Below, one piece after another: positions 1-10,499 of a stretch of DNA of 64,000 bases; position 1 is the stretch's first letter; each line of letters opens with the position of its first letter. Origin of the DNA: a virus (taxonomy: Duplodnaviria > Heunggongvirae > Uroviricota > Caudoviricetes); the IMG/VR virus record IMGVR_UViG_3300043009_000101; one strand, written 5' to 3'. The position numbers and the translations under genes are program-made. Under the pieces are notes generated by a model that worked only from the letters and a program-made list of their open reading frames with translations, made no database searches and had not been told where the DNA came from.

Positions 1-717
1 GTATATTGCTACCAAAAGCAGACTGTCCGAAAGTACTTTCACCGTGCAGATTTGGGAACATACCGCCTTCATGTTGTGAAAATGCTGAATTCGTACCGAA
101 ATCGTGGTGGTCAAAAGCTGAACCAAATGGTCTATGAATAGATGTTCTGCGAATAGAAGATGTAGGTGTAATAGTATCCTCATCATCTTCATTATCCTCG
201 GCTGCATATCTTGCTCTATCATAAGGACTTGGATATATACAATCTGGCTCCGTACCGAAGTGATGTGGTGGTGTTGGTGCACCAAAATCAGATTCGTGGT
301 GGTAATCGTGGGCTTCTGTTTCGTAAGCATCTTTGGAAAGATTTACAACTGGACCAGAATGTGCATCCTCATTTTTATTTCTGTCAAGCCAAGCGTCATT
401 AAAAAAATCTACGAGAGAATCGAAAGAAATGTGTGTGTCTGGGTGCATAAAATCTCTTTCAAGCACAACTTCTGCTGATGTTCCTTTATCTTTGTAGCTG
501 CTTACAGGCAAATTTAAGGAATCGCTTAGATTGATACAGAAAGCTGCTAATCGTTTAGCAGATGTGCGGTAGTTAGCTGGTTTTACACATAAAATTTGTG
601 CTGGTAAACCTACACAATATAATTGATTCATGTGTTCATCTACAAATACTTTATCTAAATGTAAAGTTGTTTTAAATGGTGTTGGGTGTAATGTAATGCA
701 ATAGCCATAATGTTTCA
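1..717 (-). CDS. Hypothetical acidic/His-containing protein, 5' part only (runs off window start)
   Basis: Manual minus-strand translation from ATG at 717 (MKHYGYCITLHPTPFK...) reads open to position 1; the + strand ORFs here (134..478) look like antisense artefacts. AAAGGA about 14 nt upstream. Confidence 0.4.
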
Positions 718-854
718 TACTGGAATACCCTATCCTTTCTATGTACAAATTATACGATTTTCTAGAGCAAAAAGCAAGGTACATTGAGGATTAGTTGCAC
801 GGAAAAGAGGAATGGCATATAATAAGTATAGTATTAGTGGAGGTTTTACAAGGA

Positions 855-2024
855 ATGGACTGGGTTGATAAACGGGTTTCGGTAGAGTTATCGAAAGAGA
901 GAAGCAAATGGGTTGAAAAGCGACTGCACGAGGAAGGTGCTATTGTGGTAAAAGAAGATATACAGCAAGATAGTATAGATTTGCATGTAGTACCTATGGG
1001 AAAAGGTGTGGGCATCATATCTTATGCGGAGGCTGTTGTCGATTTACTTGATACCGATTTCAATCCAGCTTGGGTTTCTACGGGAAATCTGAAACCGTCT
1101 GTTTTTACATATATTATCTTACCTGAGTATTGCAAAGAAGCAAATAAATGCACTGCAACGGATATAAGCTGGGCAGAAATGCAAGAAATTGCAGACTGTA
1201 CTGGCATACCCGTGGGCGAAGGTGAAGAAGGCAAAAAGGGAAACTTGCTGGTTGTATTACCAAACAAAGTGCATGTAAATAATATGCAATATGTGCGACA
1301 TTGGTTTCAACATCGGGCGGAGCATAATAATATTTCCTACATTACTATGCGAGATTTACAAGTTGCTTTTCGGGAATGGAAATTACTTCACGGTGAAAAA
1401 GTACAAAAGAAAGTTGTAGATGTTTCTAGACAAAAACGATTTATGGAATCGAAATGGCTGGAATGTAAGAAGCATATACAAACTCCTTACAGAAACTTTT
1501 CTGAGGGAAAAGGAAAGCCTGAGAAATATGTGGTCATTGATACAGAATACAAACCAATTTCCCCGCAGCTTACCTATCCTGTACTTACAGAGATTGGTAT
1601 GGTAAAAGTAGAAAATGGTAAAATTGTAGATAAGTACCATAAATATGTGCGGAATGATATGTTTTTAGTGTCGCACATGAAGAAATATAAAAAGGTAACA
1701 ATGACTGGTGCAAATGTCATTACCGTAGATAGACTACTGAAAGAACTCTTAGAGTTTGTAGGAGATTATCAAGTTGTAGGACATCAAATTGGTACAGATA
1801 TGCTCGTATTGTCGATGAATTTGTGCCAGATGTTCGATTGGAAATGCTGGGATACATTGACTTTATGCCTGTCGGAGCTGGATGAAGATTATGGTACGGT
1901 AGCTTTGCCGAAATTGGCTGATATTCTTGGATTACATAAAAATCCGCATTGTGCATTGGACGATGCTATTACAACTTATGAACTGTTCGAGTATATCGGA
2001 CAAAAAGCAAAAGAAAGAAAATAA
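855..2024 (+). CDS. Protein with C-terminal DnaQ-like (DEDDh) 3'-5' exonuclease domain and an unassigned N-terminal domain
   Basis: C-terminal half has VVIDTEY (Exo I), YQVVGHQIGTD (Exo II) and HCALDDAITTYELF (Exo III, DEDDh) motifs. GTGGAGG RBS 12 nt before ATG at 855 (the track ORF starts at 795). Confidence 0.6.
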   Translation: MDWVDKRVSVELSKERSKWVEKRLHEEGAIVVKEDIQQDSIDLHVVPMGKGVGIISYAEAVVDLLDTDFNPAWVSTGNLKPSVFTYIILPEYCKEANKCTATDISWAEMQEIADCTGIPVGEGEEGKKGNLLVVLPNKVHVNNMQYVRHWFQHRAEHNNISYITMRDLQVAFREWKLLHGEKVQKKVVDVSRQKRFMESKWLECKKHIQTPYRNFSEGKGKPEKYVVIDTEYKPISPQLTYPVLTEIGMVKVENGKIVDKYHKYVRNDMFLVSHMKKYKKVTMTGANVITVDRLLKELLEFVGDYQVVGHQIGTDMLVLSMNLCQMFDWKCWDTLTLCLSELDEDYGTVALPKLADILGLHKNPHCALDDAITTYELFEYIGQKAKERK

Positions 2025-2054
2025 GGCAAGCACATGTGCTTGCCTTTTGTTTTT
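2025..2054 (+). terminator. Rho-independent terminator
   Basis: ggcaagcacatgtgcttgcc perfect hairpin followed by TTTTGTTTTT. Confidence 0.65.
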
Positions 2055-2138
2055 AAGAGTGAAAAAGAGTAAAGATGATATAATTATAGAATAATTGGAA
2101 TATTAAAAAAAAACAAACAAAGGAGCAAAATAATAACT

Positions 2139-2786
2139 ATGCAATACAACTTTGATAAAGATAAATACAACAGATTACTCGCAAGATACAGCAAAATGAA
2201 TGGCGAAAATTCCTCGATTTTGCGAGTTGTGAACTGGTTAAAAATAGGTTTAAATGTTTTTCTTATACTATGTGGCTGTATGTACCTGTTACTAGGCTTT
2301 ATGCTGCCTGAACTCATACCTCAAATCGTAATCGCTTGCCTCTGCTTGCTTATTATCTATGATTTAGGCATATATAAAATCATACCCACTATTTCCGATG
2401 GTGTATGCAAAATGTTTGGTGGCTCGAAAAAAGGTTTCTCGGCAGTAGAGTTAGAAATTTCTGATAGATATATTCGCATAGAATTTAAAACGGAAAATGG
2501 TGAAGAATACACTTACAGAATTCAGGCGGAAGATTTGTCTAAATTTAGCTTTGATGCAGTTAGTGAATGTCTGACCTTAGAAGCTGAGCCTGTAACAATC
2601 TGGCAGCAGAATGAGGACGGTAGTACAGATAGCATAAACTGGTATACCGTAGCCGTATTCTTACCTATACAATATACGGAAAAGCTGGATATACTGGAAG
2701 AGCTTGCTAGAATAATTAAAGCAAATGGTGGCTCACTGTTAATAGATAAAACTCGAATGACAGGTGAAGCAGTGCAGACAAAATAA
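2139..2786 (+). CDS. Hypothetical membrane protein (2 TM helices plus soluble C-terminal domain)
   Basis: AAGGAG RBS at 2121-2126; two hydrophobic helices, then an 'IEFKTENGEEYTYRIQAEDL' domain. Confidence 0.55.
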   Translation: MQYNFDKDKYNRLLARYSKMNGENSSILRVVNWLKIGLNVFLILCGCMYLLLGFMLPELIPQIVIACLCLLIIYDLGIYKIIPTISDGVCKMFGGSKKGFSAVELEISDRYIRIEFKTENGEEYTYRIQAEDLSKFSFDAVSECLTLEAEPVTIWQQNEDGSTDSINWYTVAVFLPIQYTEKLDILEELARIIKANGGSLLIDKTRMTGEAVQTK

Positions 2787-2881
2787 GAAGCAGAAAGGCA
2801 GCCGAAAGGCCGCCTTTTATTTACAAAGCATAAAGCTAGATTTACTTGTGGCGGATATAGCAAAAGTCCCCGTGCTTTAGC

Positions 2882-3205
2882 CTAATCCAGTATAGTATCC
2901 AGCAGTTGATTGAATGATAACTCTACAACCTGACCGCCCCGACTTTGAAAGATATATGTAACTAAACCGTCTGCCGTAATAAGATTTTCCCCTAAAAATC
3001 TGAGTTGCATATCTGCATATCTGCATGGGTATAGTTTTCCTTCTTTTAAACCTTTAACGGATGGTGTATCTTCGCCAAGTGCTATGGTGTTACCAGTTGA
3101 AACTTGACGGCATAAAGTTAAATCTTCCTCGCCGGGTGGTGTTTCTACAGTTTGTATTGGCTCTACTGTGCCGTAGGGGGTTGTGTAATTTTTTATTTTT
3201 CGCAT
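2882..3205 (-). CDS. Hypothetical protein
   Basis: ORF with AAGGTGAG RBS upstream of the ATG. Confidence 0.5.
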   Translation of the reverse strand: MRKIKNYTTPYGTVEPIQTVETPPGEEDLTLCRQVSTGNTIALGEDTPSVKGLKEGKLYPCRYADMQLRFLGENLITADGLVTYIFQSRGGQVVELSFNQLLDTILD

Positions 3206-3319
3206 TATCTCACCTTTTTCTAGCCTATATCTTTTATAGCTATTTTACAAAGTTTTTGGTAACGATTACAAAAGATATAGCTTTATAGAAAAATATGCAG
3301 AAAATAGGTGAGAAAAGAG

Positions 3320-3901
3320 TTAGAAATTTACGGTTTGTATTGAAGCCAGTATCATCTCTTGCAAGCTATACAGCTTATCATAGGTTGTTTGATAAGTTTT
3401 GAGCAAAGAAGCATACCCACTAAGCGGTGTGGCTTTATCTTCTTGATAGAGCTTAAATTTCTGCTCTGCATCTCGCAGATTGCTTTCTAAAACTCTAAGG
3501 TGCGATACAAAAACTGGCAATTCTGCTGGTACATCTATCTGGGCGACTTGCTGAACGAGTTGGTCTTCTAAATAGATATTTGGGACATCGGAATCACTTA
3601 CAACGGAATCGCTGTCATCCAATGCAGACATACGATACATCGCATTGGTGTCTAATCGTTTTACGATGAAAAATCCTTCACCTAAATGCAGATAATGAGT
3701 ATTTGTCTGAGCTACGTCTTCTAATACCGTACCCACGGGAAGATGGCGGAAGAAATCGTTGGATTTATCCTTAGTCTGCTTTTTGCTCAACTCAGATGTG
3801 ATAAAATTGGAAATCTGTTCTAAAGCATCTGTATCATATACAGCATAGTCTTCATAGAACTCTAAAAACTTGTGCATAATGGCTCCATCGTAGGCTCGCA
3901 T
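3320..3901 (-). CDS. Hypothetical protein
   Basis: 193-aa ORF; AAGGAG RBS 8 nt upstream. Confidence 0.55.
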   Translation of the reverse strand: MRAYDGAIMHKFLEFYEDYAVYDTDALEQISNFITSELSKKQTKDKSNDFFRHLPVGTVLEDVAQTNTHYLHLGEGFFIVKRLDTNAMYRMSALDDSDSVVSDSDVPNIYLEDQLVQQVAQIDVPAELPVFVSHLRVLESNLRDAEQKFKLYQEDKATPLSGYASLLKTYQTTYDKLYSLQEMILASIQTVNF

Positions 3902-3960
3902 GTGGTACTCCTTTGCTTAATTAAGTATATTGTACCGAATAATAGGTAGAAAAACAAGAA

Positions 3961-3994
3961 AAGGGAATTGCTTGCAATTTCCTTTTCTTGTTTG
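3961..3994. terminator. Hairpin followed by a T-run (possible bidirectional terminator or insulator)
   Basis: aagggaatt-gcttgc-aattccctt followed by ttcttgtttg. Confidence 0.3.
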
Positions 3995-4300
3995 TAGCCG
4001 GCAGCTGCATAATACAAATGAAACTGAAAATAGAACAGGCATGGAAAAGAAAAAAATAAAAAATTTTCGTTTTTTCCTTTTCAATTACACAGTTTATGTA
4101 AGTCTAAATGCTACTATACAGATGTAAAGAGATAAAGGAAATCTTCTTTCCTAGAAAGGATACAAAAATATGAAATACCTTAGGAAATCACCCACCTAAA
4201 CAGTTAACTAAAAAACTTAAATTAACCGATAGGTAAAGGAAAAATCAACATAAAAATATTTGAAAAAATTGAAATTCAGGCTATACATTCTAAGCTGTAT

Positions 4301-4310
4301 TTGCTATAAT
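4301..4310 (+). promoter_or_regulatory. Extended -10 promoter (TGcTATAAT)
   Basis: tttgctataat about 50 nt upstream of the small ORF at 4360. Confidence 0.35.
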
Positions 4311-4359
4311 GAAGTAGCCAAAGGAAGCAACACTTCCTACATAGAAAGGACAAAAACTT

Positions 4360-4560
4360 ATGAAAAACTCTACTGAAACAAATTCTACACTGCTGAAATC
4401 CTTGGAACGCTTTAATGGACTTGCCATTGATGACACAAATGATTTACATCAATTTGAACAGGATTGCATGACATTCGGAAATGAAAATCTCCCTGAAGAT
4501 TTTCATTTCCTTCAATCCCCGATACTTACCTATGAGGAACCGAGAACCTTATACCATTAG
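4360..4560 (+). CDS. Small hypothetical protein (66 aa)
   Basis: AAAGGA RBS; strong hairpin immediately downstream. Confidence 0.4.
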   Translation: MKNSTETNSTLLKSLERFNGLAIDDTNDLHQFEQDCMTFGNENLPEDFHFLQSPILTYEEPRTLYH

Positions 4561-4571
4561 TAAAAATTAAA

Positions 4572-4612
4572 TCTTCAAGCTTGCCTATATGCAAGTCAGG
4601 CAAGCTTGAAGA
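4572..4612 (+). terminator. Long perfect hairpin (15-bp stem) downstream of the small ORF
   Basis: tcttcaagcttgcct...aggcaagcttgaaga; weak T-tail, so could be an attenuator rather than a terminator. Confidence 0.4.
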
Positions 4613-4697
4613 AATTGTGTAATTTACTAAATTTGCCCTTGAACTATGTAGAAAGTTGTGCTAGTATTTAGACAGATAAACAAAGGAGGACTTATAA

Positions 4698-5435
4698 ATG
4701 TCTACATCAAAAAACCCCGAAATTCATTACACTGTAACTCTTGAACAGGCTATGCCTACTTATGAAGAAACTACCCGAAACATTCGCAAAGAAATCGAAA
4801 CAATGCGAGCAAATGGAAGCAAAAACATTCAGAAATTCTTTGAATACCCTATGCATGCTCGCTTTGAAAATCGTGAATTTGTCGCTTCTTGCAATGAAAT
4901 CAAATGGACTGTGGACGAAATTGAAGAAGAACTCGTTCCATTTGTAAAAGAAGTTTCCCGTAAATACCCTGTTGAATTCATGCTTCGCTGCTTGGCTGTA
5001 TGGAACTCAAAACCTGAGCAAATGAACTCATTCGTCTATTACTTCAAAGGTGAAGAAGTTGTAAAAGTATCTGAAACAATGAGCAACTTGAAAGATATTA
5101 TGTATCATGAGCCTTATGCCTTACAGCATGTTGACCCAGCACATTACTGGATGACTCTGGATGCAGATAAAGCAACTGCCTTTGAAAAATTGGAAACCCC
5201 GCTTCATCGAGAAGGTGAAGAAAATGGAAAAGTACGATTTGCTACAGATATTCGAAAATTCAACACATGGCAAGATAGAGATAAAGTACTGGCTGCCTTT
5301 TCCAAGGATTACCCTGATGACATCTTCAAACTGGAAATGGCTTCATATCTGCCAACTTCTTATGAAAACAACTATTACAAAAATGGCTTAGTTGGTACAA
5401 CAAGTACAAACTTCCCTGAGCCTGCATGGAACTAA
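4698..5435 (+). CDS. Hypothetical protein (245 aa)
   Basis: AAGGAGG RBS; clean terminator follows. Confidence 0.65.
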   Translation: MSTSKNPEIHYTVTLEQAMPTYEETTRNIRKEIETMRANGSKNIQKFFEYPMHARFENREFVASCNEIKWTVDEIEEELVPFVKEVSRKYPVEFMLRCLAVWNSKPEQMNSFVYYFKGEEVVKVSETMSNLKDIMYHEPYALQHVDPAHYWMTLDADKATAFEKLETPLHREGEENGKVRFATDIRKFNTWQDRDKVLAAFSKDYPDDIFKLEMASYLPTSYENNYYKNGLVGTTSTNFPEPAWN

Positions 5436-5457
5436 AAAACACAATTTCAGTAGAGAA

Positions 5458-5489
5458 AAAGGCAACTCTTGCGAGTTGCCTTTTTATTG
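5458..5489. terminator. Rho-independent terminator (bidirectional)
   Basis: A-run, ggcaactc-ttgc-gagttgcc, then TTTTTATT. Confidence 0.6.
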
Positions 5490-5559
5490 CTAGGGAGAAG
5501 AGGAATAGAAAAAAGAAGCCATTCCCTTGGGCATGGCTTCCTTTGTGTTTGGTTAGTAG

Positions 5560-6126
5560 CTAAGCTAATTCAAGCAAATCTTGTGCTGAATACAATCTGG
5601 CTGAACCTTTTAATTTATACCGTGCTTTCAATCTGGCTGCTTCACAGCACTCTTTGAAAAGCTCCACTGCTTCGGGTGTTTCCTCTAACTTCTTTAAGCA
5701 TCCGTTCAAAGTCTGCACTGGCTGGACTTTAATACCGTTTGCATGTATATTTGGTGTTGTACGATTCAGAATAATCGTCTTGGGTGCTCGCTGAATGGCA
5801 TTATTGGTGAAATCTTCTTCCAAAAAGTAATGTTCAATACCCGAGTAATCTGCAAAGATATAAACTACTTCGCCTGCAATCAATGCCTGTAATGCTTGCA
5901 GATTGCCTTCCTCCACAATTCGCTTCGCTAATGGTGTCGGCTTGTGTACTACATCCGCTGCATCGTATGGCTGCCAGTCATCTGTAATGGCTCTGTCCAA
6001 AAAGTTAGGCTTGTCCGATAGTTTCACCTTGCACCGATATGTAACAAGTCCAATCGGTGTCATCACCGTGGTTACTGGTTTTAAATCGGCTGGTGTGATT
6101 GTTCTGTCTGTTTTGTTATATTGCAT
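5560..6126 (-). CDS. Hypothetical protein (188 aa)
   Basis: AGAGGAA RBS upstream of the ATG. Confidence 0.55.
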   Translation of the reverse strand: MQYNKTDRTITPADLKPVTTVMTPIGLVTYRCKVKLSDKPNFLDRAITDDWQPYDAADVVHKPTPLAKRIVEEGNLQALQALIAGEVVYIFADYSGIEHYFLEEDFTNNAIQRAPKTIILNRTTPNIHANGIKVQPVQTLNGCLKKLEETPEAVELFKECCEAARLKARYKLKGSARLYSAQDLLELA

Positions 6127-6417
6127 GAAATTCCTCTTTCTTAAAAAAACTTTCTGATTGTATAGAATGGCTCTGCTAGGCTCATAATGAAGTTTAGAGA
6201 GCGATTTGTAGGAAGGTAGGGTAAATACTAGGGCGGAATGAAATCCGGCTTATATTTACTTTATGAAGCTATAATCTTCCCTTGGTTGTATTATATGCTT
6301 GCATGTGCTAATTGTCAAGTCGTAAGATAGAAAAACTTGTAAAAAAATTTTGTTTGTATAAAATGTTATTAGGAAAGATAGCAAACTAGGGCAAGAAAGA
6401 GATAGAGAAAGAAAAAA

Positions 6418-6456
6418 GAAAAGGAACAGCGAAAGCTGTTCCTTTTCTTTCATTTT
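6418..6456. terminator. Bidirectional terminator
   Basis: aaaaaagaaaa-ggaacagc-gaaa-gctgttcc-ttttctttcatttt. Confidence 0.5.
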
Positions 6457-6651
6457 GTTCGTTGCTAGATGCTAAAGGAGAATTAAGTAATCTAGCGACA
6501 ACTCTATTGGGTTGCACAGATAGGATACCATAGGCTAGGATAAAATGCAAGCAAAAATTTACTGGGTGAAGAAAGAAAAAGGGACAAGATACCTATTGGT
6601 GCTAAAGAACAGGCATACCGCATATGTGCGGTATGCCTGTTTGTTCTCGGA

Positions 6652-6948
6652 CTAATTGCAAGCTGCGACAATGATAAATACTATGATGAACAAAAGAATT
6701 AAAGCAAGTATTTGCTCAACAAACCATTTGAGCGAATACCCAAATATTCCTCGTAAACCATAAGGCCGATAGCCATACCCGTACCCGTAATGCCTGTACC
6801 TTCTAGGATGATAATGTGGCTCTGGATGGTGGTAATGATGTGGTGGCTCATGAGGATACCCTCCACCAAATCCATGTGGCTCTGGTTGGTGATGATGGAA
6901 ATCTCCGCCTCTGCCTCCGCCTCCGTGCGGGCCGCCGTGTTCGTGCAT
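6652..6948 (-). CDS. His/Gly/Pro/Tyr-rich low-complexity protein with a C-terminal TM anchor
   Basis: N-terminus HGGPHGGGGRGGDFHHHQPEPH...YGYGYGYRPYG; C-terminus ILALILLFIIVFIIVAACN; AAAGGAG RBS. Confidence 0.6.
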   Translation of the reverse strand: MHEHGGPHGGGGRGGDFHHHQPEPHGFGGGYPHEPPHHYHHPEPHYHPRRYRHYGYGYGYRPYGLRGIFGYSLKWFVEQILALILLFIIVFIIVAACN

Positions 6949-7026
6949 TGTTCTCGCTCCTTTCTTTGCTTTGTAATTCTATATTATACTATTCTATATA
7001 AAAGGCAATAGCTATCGTATATTGTA

Positions 7027-7410
7027 TTAGGAAATAGAACGAATATACACAGCTACAACGATAACTATTATCAAAATGATGATAACCGCAAAAATATAAC
7101 TAATTACTTCGTGAATCGCATAAGCAATAAATTCATTCAATGTTCTAGGCACATAATAATCATCATACCCGTAGCCATATCTGCGATTATATCTCCCATA
7201 TCTTCCATATCGGTTGTTGTGATGATGGTGTGGCGGCTCTTGATGGTGATGGTGCTGTGGCTCAAACCCGCCGTGCATGCCTGACCCGCCTGGACCACCT
7301 TGCCCGCCAAATCCGCCTGGTCGCCCTTGCATATTCCCGCCTTGATTACCTCGATTTCCTTGGTTTCCACCAAAATTTCCTCCGCTGCCGGAACCTCCAT
7401 GTTGTGGCAT
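7027..7410 (-). CDS. Paralogue: Gly/His/Tyr-rich low-complexity protein with a C-terminal TM anchor
   Basis: GGSGSGGNFGGNQGNRGNQGG...HHHHQEPPHHHH...RYGRYGRYNRRYGYGYDDYY plus a C-terminal hydrophobic helix; AAAGGAG RBS. Confidence 0.6.
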   Translation of the reverse strand: MPQHGGSGSGGNFGGNQGNRGNQGGNMQGRPGGFGGQGGPGGSGMHGGFEPQHHHHQEPPHHHHNNRYGRYGRYNRRYGYGYDDYYVPRTLNEFIAYAIHEVISYIFAVIIILIIVIVVAVYIRSIS

Positions 7411-7439
7411 TTTTCTTTACTCCTTTCAATGCTTTTCGA

Positions 7440-9250
7440 TTATAATACTGTTTTGGTTTAAATTATGCCTGTGCTAAATTGTTTGGAAGAAAAAATTTGC
7501 CTGAGATTAGCTATGCAAAGCAAAACAAGTTTGCTTTGCATAGCTAGAACTTGCCTTAGACAAAAACTTGCCTGAGATTAAAGCTCGACTTAGACAGAAA
7601 CTACAACAAGACAAGGAAGCGAGGTCAGGCATACGAACGGAGTGAGTATGACTAGGTTTCGCTTCCTTGTCTTTTATAAGAATATGGCTGACAAATACCC
7701 TGCTTGTGTATGCAAGATAAAAGAAAATTATCTGACTTTTCTAAGAAAAATGTGGCTTAACACACCACTTGAAAGCAAAGCTTTCAGGTGGTGTACTAAG
7801 GGTGCTGTAAAGTAGCACCCTTAGTGCTGCCACAAAGAGATAAAGTTGTTTCCTACCTAAAAGCTCAAATAGTGTATTTTCCGATTGCCCCTTATGTATG
7901 AGTAATACCAAAGGTATTACTCATACATAAGGTAAAGGCACATGCCTTTACCTTATGGCTGGGCAGCTTCTGCAAGCTCGGAAAATTAGCTAAATGAAGT
8001 TTTACGAAATAAAGCCCGCCAGTATAGGTGCTAGACAAAAATCAAGACAATTACCAATAAGTGCCCAGAAAAGAATAGGTATCCTTTTGGATACCTATTC
8101 TGTACGGTAAATACCATATGTATTTACCGTACCATATGGGGCAATGCTCAGAAATCGCTCTGGTGTGAAATATGGAAAGAAGATGCTTTATATAAAGCAT
8201 ATTTTGATACAAAGAGATGGTGCTTCGTGGCTTAACAGACCACTTGAAAGCTATGCTTTCAGGTGGTCTACTAAGGGTACTGCCTAGCCAGTACCCTTAG
8301 TAGTGCCACGCTAGTGCCAGCTTTTGTCTAGTACCTAGAAACTGGCTTGTGCAAAATACACTAGCTGCCTAAGAAAATCGCAGCAAGATAAAGCGAGCAC
8401 AAGATGAAACTCGTACAGGCAAGAAGCTAGCACCAGAAAAATATGCAACTAGACACTACCACCAAGATACCCAGCTTATGCCTGCAAGATAGAACTATTC
8501 CTTACAAAATGCTACGGCAAGGCAAAAGCTGGTGAAAACAGAAACTAAGACAAGATAAGAATTACAACAAGATAAGGGAGCGAGGTCAGGCATACGAACA
8601 TAGTGAGTATGGCTAGGTTTCGCTTCCTTATCTTGTATCAGGCACAATACGGACAATACCCAGTGTTCATGCATGCAAGATAGAAGAAAAATTATCTGAC
8701 TTGTCTAAGAAAAAATTAGATAAAATTGTTTTCAATCTAAAAGCTCAAATAGGCCACTTTCCGAGCTTGCAGAAGCTCGGAAAGTGTGCTAAATGAAGTT
8801 TTAGAAAATAAAGCCCGTCAGTATATGTGGAAAGGAAAAATCAAGACAATTACCCATAAGTATGTCTAGAAATCGTTCTAGTCCAAAATATTGAAAGAAG
8901 ATGCTTTACATAAAGCAGATTTCTGCATAAAGAGATGGTGCTAGTGCCAGCCTTTGTCTAGTACAGAGAACTAGCTTGTGCAAAATACACTAGCTGCCTA
9001 TAATATTGCAGCAAGAAAAAACTGGCACAAAATAAAAACTTGTACCAATAAAGAGCTAGCACCAGAAGAGAGCAAGGCTAGACAAGAACTACGACAAGGC
9101 AAGGAAGCGAAGTCCGATACGAAGTAGCGAGGTCTCGCTTCCTTGATTGCAGAAGAAAGCAAGGCTAGACAAAAATACCCAAGAAGATAAACTAATATAC
9201 TATATTCATAGTTGCAAAATATGATTAGAAAGAGTAAAATATACATAGCA
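7440..9250. repeat. 1.8-kb gene-free region of mosaic, segmentally duplicated non-coding modules and hairpins
   Basis: Modules ('gaaaattatctgacttttctaagaaaaa', 'ctaaaagctcaaatag', 'ctaaatgaagttttacgaaataaagcccgccagtatag', 'gtgccagcttttgtctagtac', hairpin caaggaagcgagg...cgcttccttg) recur at about 7600-8340, 8560-9150 and again at 13930-14480. Confidence 0.6.
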
Positions 9251-9300
9251 AATATAAAACAGTCAGGCAAATGCCTGACTGCTAGAAAAGGAGAGATATA

Positions 9301-9843
9301 ATGGCTGAAACAAACATTATCAACACAAAAGGTTTCCGCATGTCCTTCGATGTGCAGATTTCCGACAAACTTATTCAGGCATACCGTGAGAAAGGCTATG
9401 AGCTAAGACTGACAAGAGTGGTCGAGGCGGAGAGTTGTGCGGAGAGTGGGACGGAAGATGAAAATCAACTCATCTTTATGCTCAGCCTGACTGGTGATGG
9501 GTTTACTGCTGGCGGCTGCCTGTACTTCTCTGTGGACTATGTGCATGGATTGCTGCTTTGTAAATACAGCCTGAGTGAGCTGGAACCGTTCCTGTACTGC
9601 CGACTGGCTGAACTTGATGATTGCGGTGGCTGTGTGGATTTAATGGCTGGAAAGGGCATTCTGGTTTTGACAGAGGACTTGGCGGAACACATGCTGGAAC
9701 TGGCAATCTGGGATAAAAAGCCTGTTTCAGAAGATGCAGATATGTATGCAGACTTGGCTGCGAAAGCTATGGAAGTGCAAATAGAGTTGGAGCAGAATGT
9801 ATACCCGGAATTAGTCGGAAGAGTGCATTGGACGGATGATTAG
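9301..9843 (+). CDS. Hypothetical protein (GC-rich, about 48% GC)
   Basis: AAGGAG RBS; 180 aa; GC clearly above surroundings. Confidence 0.55.
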   Translation: MAETNIINTKGFRMSFDVQISDKLIQAYREKGYELRLTRVVEAESCAESGTEDENQLIFMLSLTGDGFTAGGCLYFSVDYVHGLLLCKYSLSELEPFLYCRLAELDDCGGCVDLMAGKGILVLTEDLAEHMLELAIWDKKPVSEDADMYADLAAKAMEVQIELEQNVYPELVGRVHWTDD

Positions 9844-9845
9844 CT

Positions 9846-10169
9846 ATGGCGATAACAGATAAATTGGATTTTACGGATATTTGCGAGTATCTGGAACAAT
9901 ACTACTATCACTTGGATATAGAGCAGAAATTTGTTGACGGTGAACTTCGTGCGGGCATTAAACTGCAAGTAAATGTTCACATGAACGATGGCTCAGAGCA
10001 AGTCGTTTCTTTACTAGACAGTGCTGAAAAAGACTGCATGGTTTCTTTAAAAGGAAAAAGAATGGAAAGCTGGGCTGGTGCAAAACCTGAGGCAAAACAT
10101 TATGCCCGCCTGAAAAGAAATGTAAACTACCCCTCTGCTAAAGCAAGGGTGCTTTCGGAACTGTTCTAG
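9846..10169 (+). CDS. Hypothetical protein, translationally coupled to the upstream gene
   Basis: Start 3 nt after the upstream stop; 107 aa. Confidence 0.5.
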   Translation: MAITDKLDFTDICEYLEQYYYHLDIEQKFVDGELRAGIKLQVNVHMNDGSEQVVSLLDSAEKDCMVSLKGKRMESWAGAKPEAKHYARLKRNVNYPSAKARVLSELF

Positions 10170-10174
10170 CAACA

Positions 10175-10480
10175 GTTTTGTAAGTTCTTCTGTTTTAACA
10201 AGGGACTCTTTCAATTCACAAATTTACCAGACTCAGTTATTAGAAATAGTAACTACGATAGCTAGGATGTAGACACCCTTGGTTGACACATCAGACCATT
10301 GCTCTGTCGTATACATTTAAGTTGGTAGAGGTAAGAAGAAGCCTGTGATGTATACATGTAAGCCTATCTTATCATTGTCGAGATGTAGTCAGGATGTTTT
10401 AATGGTAACAGTTAAAGCGGAATGCAGGACAACATTCAATATGCTTCGGCATATTGAATGTTGAATTACATGATTTAGTT
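10175..10480 (+). ncRNA. Candidate omega-RNA (OMEGA guide RNA) of the IscB
   Basis: About 300-nt ORF-free, structure-rich region directly 5' of iscB. It includes a perfect 14-bp hairpin with cUUCGg loop (caacattcaatatg-cttcgg-catattgaatgttg, 10430-10463). Position matches the known IscB-omegaRNA arrangement. Confidence 0.5.
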
Positions 10481-10499
10481 CATGAGAAAGGAAGCCTAT

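Noticed and set aside
134-478. Plus-strand ORFs 134..478 and 211..402
   Set aside because: Cys/Arg/Trp-rich antisense-like composition. The minus strand carries a continuous, coding-like ORF from 717 to the window edge with an upstream RBS.
4360-4612. Riboswitch or attenuator upstream of 4698
   Set aside because: Only a single long hairpin with no recognisable riboswitch consensus; kept as a small ORF plus hairpin at low confidence.
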